Source of the DNA: Moniliella sp. 'wahieum'
Lineage: Eukaryota
Reading direction: 5' to 3'
NCBI GenBank assembly: GCA_003971905.1
Contig: RSEE01000036.1
Coordinates: 1 to 64,000, forward strand
DNA: 64,000 nucleotides
Part shown: positions 29,284 through 39,800 of the stretch, in pieces
Layout: each line of letters opens with the position of its first letter
Position numbering within the stretch: the stretch's first letter is position 1
The notes under the pieces: model-generated
The model's database searches: none
The model's input: the letters and a program-made list of their open reading frames with translations, nothing else
Told to the model about the DNA's origin: nothing
Program-made: the position numbers and the translations under genes

Positions 29284-30518
29284 ATGGGCGCCAACGCTAA
29301 CACCGATCTCTCGGTCAGCGACACCACAATGGTGAACAAGCGCGATTACTGGACACCAACCGGTCGCGATCCGCCACCGATTGGCACCGACAACGAGGAA
29401 CTCATGATGCTTTGCGCCGAAGCGCACCTGTGGTTCAAGAAGACGAACGACATCGATGTCGTTAAAGAGAAGATCAACAGAGCTATACACGACAGAGCCG
29501 AGTGGCTTGGATGGAAGGACGAACCTACGTCTATCACGACAAACTGGGTTCGACGGGCTACGAATTTTGTGGTGCAAAACATCCACCAATGGAAACTCAA
29601 CCAACGCAACTTTGGGGGCACCTACAGGCGCAGCCTCGCGACCCGAGTACGACCTTTACAGATCACTACGCGAGTCTCCCACCAAGATATCAAGTGGCCT
29701 GATCTGAACAAAGACCCGTCCGCCTACAGCGCTTGGGAAGACGAATTTCTTCGCGATAACAGATGCCCACCCCCACGCAAGCGACGTCGTCCAGAATGGT
29801 CGCAGCTCCCGCTACTTCACCGAGGACCTCGACAGACGCTTGCACAACCTTCTTAGGGAAGCCATGCCGACAACCCTCTTCCGGACGATCCGCACCCACC
29901 ACGAATATCATGCACCCAGGACACGCTGAACATGCTGCGTCAGCGGTATGGATATACGCCTACCGCAAACAGAGGGCCTACTCATTCGCTACTTTTCGGC
30001 CGACCAAGGAAACCGATCGGGTCGAGACTACCTCGACTACATGGAAGAGATCAGTGCAAGCCTGACGCGAGCGGGCATCCCACTTACGAAGAGCAGGAAC
30101 GCACTGGGATCCTACTCGGCTTACGCGACATGAGCATTCGCCAGCGTGAAGAGCGCTCGAGTCTAGACAAGTTACGGCAGGCCGTGATGGACATACCAGC
30201 CGCCACGTATCCCGGTGGAGAAGAAGAGAAACGGAGGCAAGCCGGTCAACGGAGGAACGCCTTGGACTCGACCTGACAGCGGGGGACGACCCACGCGGGG
30301 GAAAAACTCCAGCGGGGGCAAAGCCGGCGACGACAACCTCGCGGACACAAAGACCAAGGGGCAAGACCGCACCAACCAACCCTGGCGCAGCGCGACGTCT
30401 AATAAACCTGTTGTCCCTCCGCGCAACCCAGGCCGAGCCAACGCTCACGTCGCTCAGAGAGCGAGCTCTCCCTCAGTCTGAAGTGATTGACGTTGATGCG
30501 GGCACAGCTGACTACTAG
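29284..30518 (+). CDS. gag: Copia Gag (frameshifted in the assembly), ending at TAG 30516-30518 or TGA 30479-30481
   Basis: ATG 29284; PDLNKDPSAYSAWEDEF, MLRQRYG, SGRDYLDYMEEISASLTRAG (UBN2/gag-like); basic tail; no CCHC seen. Confidence 0.75.
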
Positions 30519-33500
30519 GAACTCGGGGGCGAAATGCGAATCATCCGGGCATTATATGACAGTGGGGCATTCCCATCCATTTGGAAAGACAAATCCGTCT
30601 TCACATCCATGACCCTTTGCGACGACGAGATAGAGGTTGCTAACGGGACACATGTAAAGGCGGAAGGACGAGGCACGGCCACAATCCGTATCCGATGCTT
30701 AGGAGGACACCAAATGGAGATAAAACTCCCAACAGCCTATACATGCCCCGTTTCAGCCGAATCTCGTCAGTGTAGCACACCTGTCGAACACCGGAATCGC
30801 ATCATACTTCGCCCACCAGAGGGTATCTGGCTTGGTAACCAGGATCCACCCTACGAAAAGTAACCGGCAGTGACTATCAATTCACGATCTTACACAACCG
30901 CGTACGCCACCCACACCCCTGCGGGCCATGGCGACCAAACCGATCAAACCGGCCGACCCACCCTCAACCCCAAACTCCCTCGCAGCATCCCTGGCCCTGG
31001 ACCACGTCTCTAAAGCCCACAAACGCTGGAACCACGCAGCCATCGACCTCCTCCCCTGGCTTACACGATCGGAAACCGCAGGCCTCCGCGTCACAGCCAA
31101 GCATATCTCCCTCTGTCGTTCAGAGTGGGATTGCCCAACATGCGCGGTGGCACTAGCGACAGCATCGCCCCATCCGAGCCGGGACCGCCTCCGATCCAAA
31201 AGACCTTTCGAGGTCCTCCACGTCGACGTAGTAGACCTCCCCCGGGTAACCGGCATGGGGCACGGATACGCCCTCGTCGCCGTTGATGACTTCACGCGGT
31301 ACGTCTTCACCACAGCGATCCCGACAAAGGGCGCTGCAACGAAGGAACTGCGGAACCTCATATTGCGGGAGCAACGCTAACGGCCCGGACAGACTGCTGC
31401 GGACTTTGCGCACGGACAACGCCCCGAATTGACAAGCGCACTGCAACCTTTTCTGGACGAGCAAGGCATCACGTCAGAACGGACAATCCCGGGGCAGAGT
31501 GCTAGCAACGGTGTGGCTGAGCGTGCCATCCGAACCATAACGACTCGTGCAAGGCAGTTGCTCTTGGGTACAGGTCTTCCGACGTCGGACTGGTGGGAAA
31601 CAGCCTCCACGCTGCGTGCTTCACCCAAAACCAAATGCCACTCAAAACATCCGGGGAAGACAACAAATCGCGATTTGAGCGATACAAAGGCCACGCATAC
31701 TCGTTACCGATGCAACCCTTTGGCCGCGTTGCATACCTCCATCTGCCCGAGTCACGCCGCGAGCACAAGCTCAGCGCGCGGGCAGAGGAAGGTATGCTGG
31801 TAGGATACCACCATCAGCGCGGATCAAAGGGATGGCTCTTCGCCACATACCAACCATCCCTGGGTACCTTCACCTACCGCTGGTCGAAACCGTACAAATG
31901 GGGCAACCCATCTACCCCCATCTCCACCCCGACCACTTCCCACCCGACATCTCCAAATCACCTCAAATTAAAATCAACAGTGAAAAAGACGCTAACCCTA
32001 CTCCGCCAGCCGCGGCAGCACCCGTTTGCCGACACAGTTCAACCTCCCGAATACGCCGCCATGACTGCTCTCAGCGCACCCATCCACCCGGACACGGTTC
32101 AGCTCACCAAGGATGGCGTACCCTCGCTCCCAAGACGCTCAAGGGTCTCGAGACTCACCCCTCCTTTGCCATGGTCAAGCAGGCTATGGCCGACGAGGTG
32201 GCCACACTCGCGCGATACGGCACCTACGAGGCTACGTACCCACCACCGGGTGCACAAATCCTCATAGGACTATGGCGCATCACCACAAAGACGGACGCCG
32301 AGGGCCGGTTCCTGCGCCACCGCGCGCGCTTTGTCGCGGGCGGACACCAACAATCGGCCGAGACTTGGGGCCAGACGTTCGCACCATCGGTGCGCACACC
32401 TGCCATCCTGACCCTCGTCGTGCTGGCCGAGAAGTATAAGTTTGGCCTCTTCTCGGCGGACGTCAATGCAGCGTACCTGAACGCCCCCCTCGAAGAAGCA
32501 GTCTACATCCGCCCACCCCCCTACTTCCCCGAAGCGGGTGGTCGCGTGTGGCGTCTCAAGAAGAGTCTATACGGGCTACATCAGAGCGGAGCAAATTGGG
32601 CACGATACATCCGGAACCTGCTGCGTGACAAGCTCGGCTTCACGCAAAGCTTGACCGAGCCCTGCTTGTTCGTGCGCGCTGCACCACCGGGTGAGCAGAT
32701 CCTCCTGGCGGTCCACACCGACGATCTGCCTCGCATGCAAGTCACACCAAAAGTACGAGGAGTTTATGACCGAGATAAACACACACATTGATGTTCGTGG
32801 TAACGGTCCCCTTCACTACCACCTGGGATGCCAATACGATCGGATCGGTGGGGAGCTGTACCTGAGCCAACCAAAGTTCATCGAGGAAGTGGTGGCAAAG
32901 CACCACATCAAAGCCCCGTGGATCCGGACTCTCCCACATCCCGTACGGATGATACCGCCCCGTGCCGACCCTGAACCCCCATCCCTCCCAGCCTTGCGCA
33001 AGGCATATCAGGGGAAGATCGGATCGGGACTGTGGGCTGCACGAATGGGCCGGCCTGACTCCCTGTTCGCTATCACGGCCCTCAGCAGAGCCGCTGCCGA
33101 CCATCGCAGCAGCATCATCAAGCAGTCGATGACTTCCTTCGCTACCTGTACCATACTCGAGGAAAGGGCCTGAGGTTGACCCCAACCTCAGATGCACCGG
33201 CCATTGCGCTGTATACAGATTCCGACTTGGCGGGAGATCCCATCCAGGCACGCTCCACATCTGGATGCCTACTGATGGTGTACGGTGTGCCGGTGTCGTG
33301 GCGATCCATTCTTCAGCCGAAGAGCGTTACCAGTACCGCCGCCGCCGAATATACGGCAGGATATGATGGACTGGTTGACGCCAACTATGTCAAGAACATC
33401 ATGATCGAGCTTGGGGCCATCGGCGAGGGTACACCCATTCATTGGTATTGCGACAATAAGGCTGTCGTCGATCTCGCCCACAAATTTGGCAGCACCGGCA

Positions 33501-33700
33501 AGCTCCGAGAGCTGAAGATCCGGTACCACAATGTACGGCAACACGTGGACTCGGGCGAGGCCATACTTGTACACATCCCCGGCGAAAGGAACCCAGCGGA
33601 CGTCCTCACCAAGCCTCTCGGCCGTCCCGCCCTGACAAGCCATCTTGCTCAACTCCGCGTCGAGGAGATGGATCCAGTCCACATGACTGGGCCCTCGGTC
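30519..33700 (+). CDS. pol: Copia Pol (protease, integrase, reverse transcriptase, RNase H), frameshifted in the assembly
   Basis: ORFs 30534-30863, 30928-31380, 31429-31803, 31593-32267, 31832-32791, 32691-33173 and 33176 onward carry consecutive copia motifs. Confidence 0.92.
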
Positions 33701-33708
33701 AGCGGGGG

Positions 33709-33868
33709 TGTTGACATCCGTCCTAGGACCGCGCGGACCCTGAGTCACGTGAGTCGGCTTTCATTCCTTCCGAGCTCGCACCAGTCTTCTGGACGAGTCA
33801 GTCGCAGAAGCTTCTTAGTCCAATACGACGTTCAGTGCTCACATTCTGTGGTAGTAGCGAGGCCGACA
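33709..33868 (+). repeat. 3' LTR (160 bp)
   Basis: Identical to the 5' LTR; preceded by the PPT, followed by TSD CTCGC. Confidence 0.97.
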
Positions 33869-35869
33869 CTCGCCGCCCGAGGGACACACGACGTATCAAC
33901 CCTGAGCCAGAGCCCGTGGTGGAGACTGCTTTCGAAGGTGACGAACCGTCCCGTGAAGAACCACCTGGTGGCAGCAGTGGGATCAACAGCGATTCGGCAG
34001 CGACTCCGACGGAGGAGAGGGGAAAAAGGAATACGAACCGAGAGTTACGTTGTAGTCCCTCCCCCCCCCTCGTTCCCGTGTTGGTTCGTGAAATGATTAT
34101 GCGGGGTCAATTGAACCCGCAGACGACGACGATGAACAACGAAGAAGTTTTGCGCTGGGTCTTGACGCTGACACCTTGTTTCCCCGCACAATGGACACTG
34201 ATGAAAGAGAGCTCCGTTAATCAGGACGAATTTGCTGGCATTCCCCTCTGATGTGGCCCTTTTGCCGGAGAATTGGATCAGTATTTCATCGATCCGCTCG
34301 TTACAAGGGCAACATGCATGCTCATCGAGGAAAGTCTATGCGACATCAAGACTCTTCGGGTGGTCAAAAGGTCAGGACCTTCAGCTCTCGCCGCATACCC
34401 AGGATCACTTTGGCTACTGACTCGCCATTGACAGAAATGGTACAAATGACTCTTCGCGGTATGGGTTTGTCTGCATCCCTAGGAGCAGGATCGGCAACAA
34501 TAATGATTTAGGCTTGGTTTTCTGTCCGCAAGCGGCTTGTCCCCGCGAGGTCCCGAAGAGTTCACTTTTGACGGACAATCCTGCCCCATATCGGTCGTGT
34601 GACAAAAAGTTGTCCAAGTTTGTTGACGGTGTTCCTGAAGCCGACTTGGTCCACCATGCGTCGTCGCATTTCGATTTGGCGGTACGTTTTTATGCTTACA
34701 TACCGCCCTGGTCATGACCTTGCTACCCGCCCCTAACCTAACCATTGCTTTGGAGGAGGAGGTGGCCACAGGAGAGAGAGTGGATGCGTGGTCCTGGGTG
34801 CTGAAGGGGCATCAAGTTTGAAGCGCAACGTTTAAGGCCGCGATGGCGAAAGTTGATGTGGCTGCAGGACGGAATGGACACCCTAACCCACCCAAAAAAT
34901 GCATTTGATCGAACTTAGGATTAAACAAGTGCGAATTGCTTGGATATATAACCTTGGCGAAACACGAGGTAAGCTAAGTACTTCTATTATAGCGAGACAC
35001 GGATAATGGTCAAACCCACTACAGCTTATGGCCGTGCTTTTAAACCATTTGTTCCGGGAACTTGGTTTTATCCCATACAAACCCCGCAGCCGTGATGCCG
35101 CTCCCAGCCCTACTCCAGATCCAGCCGCTGCCACTCTCTGTCCCTGAGCTCGAACGCTTCAGACATGTTGCCGGAGCTACACAGCAGCGCGACACTTGCA
35201 GCCGCCTCTGCCATACAGTGAGGGGCCTTTCCTCGTGTCTTAGCCTGTTCAGATGTACAAATCAGCTCAAGCACGTAAATACGATAGCCTCCAAAGCGGG
35301 CCCGTGGCAGAAACCGCCGCAAATCATTGATCCCCCAAGGGGGTCCGTAGTGTCTCTGACTTGTACAGTCTTCGCATGAATGCTTCCTTGTCGACAGATA
35401 GGGTTGATCGTCTAACGAAAAGAGCGCGAACTTTTCATACCCTTTTGGTGGTAATTCACAAGGGTTGATGCATATGGCCCGGTTCATGTAAATGCTCCCG
35501 TTGATCTCACGGGAGCATCTGGGAATGAATTTCACTGTTTGCACTATATCGGGCAATATGTTCACTCGTCATATACTTGTATCTAGACCGAGCATTAAAG
35601 AATTCTTCCATAGTGTTGCATAGTGTCTTTATGAAGCATCACACACTGCATTGATATGAAGGCCGTCATGTGCCTGGTATGAAATACCCCAATGGGCAGA
35701 TATAAAATCTGTATTTCACTTGTTAGAGAGATCTTCATGCGCTTGGCCGAAGCACGGATGTCAGACCATTAAACATCGTCGTGACATTCAATTATCATTA
35801 CTGGGGATATATATTCACTATTTTTTCGTACACCACTATTAGGGTAATTTGTACTTCTCTGCTATAAAT

Positions 35870-36830
35870 GGTTGATTGCATATGATTCGCCAGAGCCATT
35901 TCGCGAAATGTGTTCACATACACCGAGCCGAGATTCAGTTCTATATCAGGTGGACCGGCTAACGGTACCCAGAGAAAACTTCTTTCGATGTCTTTTTTGT
36001 ATGACTAGGTGGACGAGCGAATATGGAGAACATTTTTTCTTAGGGGACGTTTATATGAGGGCAAGGAAACGACCTGGTCTGGGGAAAATGTTCGCTATCG
36101 TCCTTTGTATTGATGACATCTCCGGTGATAACTTGACAGGATTCAATACTCGTTCCTTTCGCGACACTCCGACGATGTAACTGCCTATAGCATGGATTGA
36201 TTTGGTGCTATACTAGTGACATGCAACCAGTGGCACTACAGCAATTGTTTTTATTGTCTTCTTCTCCCCACTTGGTTATGCAGTAAATGTTATGACTATT
36301 CCCCCACCATCCACTGTAGTTGCACAAAAGTCTCCGGATTTTTACTGTGACACCCTCGTGGGATAACCAAACAGCAGTGTGATAAATACTCTCACTGGAT
36401 ATATGCAGTGAACATGTTGCCATCGCGAAAGACTTTTGCAGACTATCATCCCGAAGTTTGATGCTCATGAGCAAAGAAAGGAAAGTCAGATCTGAATCTC
36501 GAAGAGGCATGGCACGGTCTCTCTACAAGACCATCAAGTGGAATCGTTGCCATTCGTTGCTTAGTCTACAGGAGAAGTACAAATCGCTGACGGAACACGT
36601 GTGGTAGTTTCTTACTCCTTCTTCCTGTTATGTCTTCATCCCTGCCACGGGGCTTGTGAAATGTTGACGCCCCGCTTTAGCCTCACTCTGGTAACCTGAG
36701 ACTGCTCACTATGGGACATTTCTTACAGACTTCAGGCTCACCGGTTTGACGACGGATTTGGAACTGATCGCGTAGTCATACACGGGTGTCCCCAAGTGGC
36801 ATTACGTTCCTAGGCAACAGTTTATCGTAG
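35870..36830 (+). mobile_element. Decayed DNA-transposase relic (fungal DDxSGN/DNP..CSH..FCR family, CMC/EnSpm-like)
   Basis: RARKRPGLGKMFAIVLCIDDISGDNLTGFN (~36060-36150) and WDNQTAV**ILSLDICSEHVAIAKDFCRL (~36360-36445) in the expected order; in-frame stops. Confidence 0.45.
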
Positions 36831-37556
36831 TTACATCCAAGATCGCTTTTGAAGTTTTCCTGTGTCCTAGAACCGGGACGTCTTGGGCGTAGTCCGCGCT
36901 CTAAGTGGTGGCAATCATTAAGCCCTCTGTCTCCCAATTCGGCCCTCAAACGAAGCCTTACTCAGGATTCGGGCGATCTAGGTCGATCGGATGTCAGCAC
37001 AATTTTATTATGTCCATCCATAGAGATGATGTACATCGCTCTGACGTGACCTTAGTGACATTCTTTTTCTCTGGGCCCATCGGATGTCTTTTACGCTATA
37101 GTTGGTGCTGGACTTATAACCCCACTGCCAAACCTCAGCATAGTTACAGTCTATTCAGGTTTTCCGGTTTCGAAACGTTGCTTTTTTGTGGTGGACTGTG
37201 AGTTGCTGTCGACTTCGGTTTTGGACAAGTTAATTGCATACGCATTAACTTGTTATAGGTACACTTGGTATTGGGAGAGGGAAGATGTTCAACCGCCGTT
37301 CGGGGGTTAATTCAGGCAATCTTCTCATTGATCCGAGTTGTATTTTACATCGAGCGGCAATTGCTTTGTCTTCCTCTGCGCCTTGCTCTTATTTACTTAA
37401 CCTTCTACCCGATATCATCTTGAGTCACTGTTAGTTCATGCGACGTGCGTCATTTGTCTTCTACTTCAAAGTGGATCCCTTTCTTCTGGGATGTGTAGTT
37501 GCAGGCCCGCTCATAATACTGATCGCTGTAGCAGCCAGCCTTGATATCATCAGTAG

Positions 37557-37716
37557 TGTCGGCCTCGCTACTACCACAGAATGTGAGCATTGAACGTCGT
37601 ATTGGACTAAGGAGCTTCTGCGACTGACTCGTCTAGAAGACTGGTGCGAGCTCGGAAGGAATGAAAACTGACTCACATGACTCAGGGTCCGCGCGGTCCT
37701 AGGACGGATGTCAACA
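37557..37716 (-). mobile_element. Solo LTR of the same copia family
   Basis: Reverse complement of the 160-bp LTR with 6 substitutions; own TSD AGTAG at 37552-37556 and 37717-37721. Confidence 0.96.
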
Positions 37717-37799
37717 AGTAGTTTGGACTGTATTGTTGCAAAGCAACGCTCCGTTCGGGGTGCCTATATCTCACCAAGAACCTTCAAGTGAGGGCACAG

Positions 37800-39800
37800 A
37801 CTGCAACTAATGCGGTTGTGAAAAAGCTAAGCTGATTTCAATCAAGGCCACGAACTTTCTCAGGTCTGGGGATGTTGCGCATCACTCTGTAATGCCTTTC
37901 CCCTTCATCATGCACAAACCCCAGCTTAAGGGTGCCCAATCGGAGGGCCTAACAGGTACAGTTCCTTCCTGCAAGTCGCAAGAGTGGAACCATGGTATGT
38001 TGGTGGTTGGCCACATTGGAAAATCCTAAAGAAAAGAGATAGGGATCCCGGCCTATAAATGCGGTGGTCCTTGTGTATGACAGAGGTACGCAGGCACTAG
38101 TCTGGACGGAGAGTAAGTAGCCTTGTGAAACCGTTAATTACGGTGGTGGAAGAAGAGGCCGCGGAGGACGACGCTGTTCTCAATTAAAGGGGTACTAAAT
38201 CCCAGGTTAACCGCCGATAATCTGGAGCTGAGCTACTGTGGGGGGTAAAAAGACAGAAATCCGAACGAACGGGTAGCTAGTAAAAGGCGAGGGAATCGTC
38301 CCTATTGAACAAATTTACGAAGGAAGTAGAGACACCAATGAGTCGTCGGGGAAAGCCCCAATCTTTGGAGACAGGGGGGACTAAAAGAGAAGTACGGCGA
38401 ATTGAGATGATATCAGGGAAAGACTACAGACTAATAGGAAGCAGTGCCACGAAGAGAGAAAGTTTCCCCTCGGCGGGTAACAAGAAAACCAATGGAGACG
38501 TGCTGGGCTCCATTTTCAACAGGGGTGAAATGGGAGGGTAGGGAGCAGAATAGGTAAACAGAGGTATAAGGGTCTACGACTAGCTCTCGTTGCGACGGAT
38601 ATATGTGGCCGATGAGTGTTTGGGCCACAGGGAGATAAGGTACGGTGACTCCAAGATTGGAATTATGTTGGGGTTGGGAACGAGCTTTGGACTCGGATAA
38701 GATTGGAATTAAATCAGGGGAGTCCAGCAAGTAAAAACAGTACGCTCTCCTTCACAAGAGGGTCTTCACTTTTTGATGGGCCGCTGCCTCACGTTTTCCA
38801 TCATGGGGAGATGGCATCTTCGCCTTTGTGTCAGTTGGCCCACACGGAGCGAATAGGGCGCGTAGCCTCGCATGAGCTCGCCAGCCCGTCTTCGCAATAT
38901 CCCTGTGGCCTTAATTTTGGGCATCACAGTGAGAAAGGCGCCGCTCGGATTTAACGGAGGTGAGCAACATCGGATTCAAGCACTCTATGTTCGAAAACAA
39001 ACAACAGATAAGCTACTACCTTCTCGAAGAATGATGGAGACCATAGTGAACATAGAGGTGTGCAGACGCGTTCCAACCCTGCGGTACGATGCCTTTTGCA
39101 GTGGAGGCGATGTGGTCCGACTGGAACGAGAGACTGCCAAATAGATCCATGCACAGAGGTGGTCCCTGCGCCACCCAGTTTTAGTTGGGGACGGGGTACA
39201 GGGCATGAACAAAAGTGGAAGTAACCCATAGTCCAAATTGACGGTGGTCCGATCAGGATGCAACCCGCCAGCAACAGAGAAAACATTCGTTATTCCCTTT
39301 CTCCTATGGCAGTGAGGCAGGTTTGATCATCATCTCGCGCAGTTCTCTCCTGGATCTAACTTGCTCTCGCATTAAGTGTATACTAATGCCGCCTCTCCAC
39401 AGCGGAACGACGAGACTCACTGCTAGCTCTACCGTGAATGACTGGTTGTTGCTAGTAGTATTGCCTTTTCCTCTGTATATGAGCGCGTTCTCATCAGTCA
39501 TCAGAGCCTGAGTTAACCGATGTTCGAACAACTGAATTCGCCCCTCCCCTCGCTCCTCATTCTTCATCCCATACAGGACATTCTTCCTCTCTCTGATCCA
39601 CAAGTACATAAAATGACACCATACTCCCTGTGTGTCCAATCGGCGAGTTTTTTGGAATAGATATAGGTGCCGAAAAGTGGGGGTGAAGTTAACCCGCCGT
39701 TCGAGGCAACCCTGTAAGGCCAAGGAATTCACGTCCCCTTGACTTGCCCGATCAGGTGTTTTCTTGTCATGCGAGTCGACACGCTGCTGAAAACGGGTTC
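37800..39800 (-). mobile_element. Highly decayed Ty3/gypsy fossil (gag-like, then RT)
   Basis: Gag-like YRGKGNTTSNNQSFTVELA (~39450); GFLVTRRGETFSLR..Y (~38470); QGY..TTAFIGRDPYLFSLGFSNVA (~38010-38125) recalling KTAF..YEF..MPFGLxNAP. Confidence 0.4.

Larger units (their letters stand above)
29071..33868 (+). mobile_element. Full-length Ty1/copia LTR retrotransposon (4798 bp), recent insertion
   Basis: Identical 160-bp TG...CA LTRs; CTCGC TSD at 29066-29070 and 33869-33873; PPT AGCGGGGG at 33701-33708; order gag-PR(YDSGA)-IN(HKRWNH..CPTC, LHVDV, LRTDN, NGVAER)-RT(RARFVAGG, LKKSLYGL, HTDD)-RH(YTDSD, CDNKA, NPADVLTKPL). Confidence 0.97.

Noticed and set aside
35492..35522. Hairpin followed by CTGG as a Helitron 3' end
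   Set aside because: The hairpin abuts CTGG without the usual ~10-nt spacer, and no Rep/helicase remnant was seen
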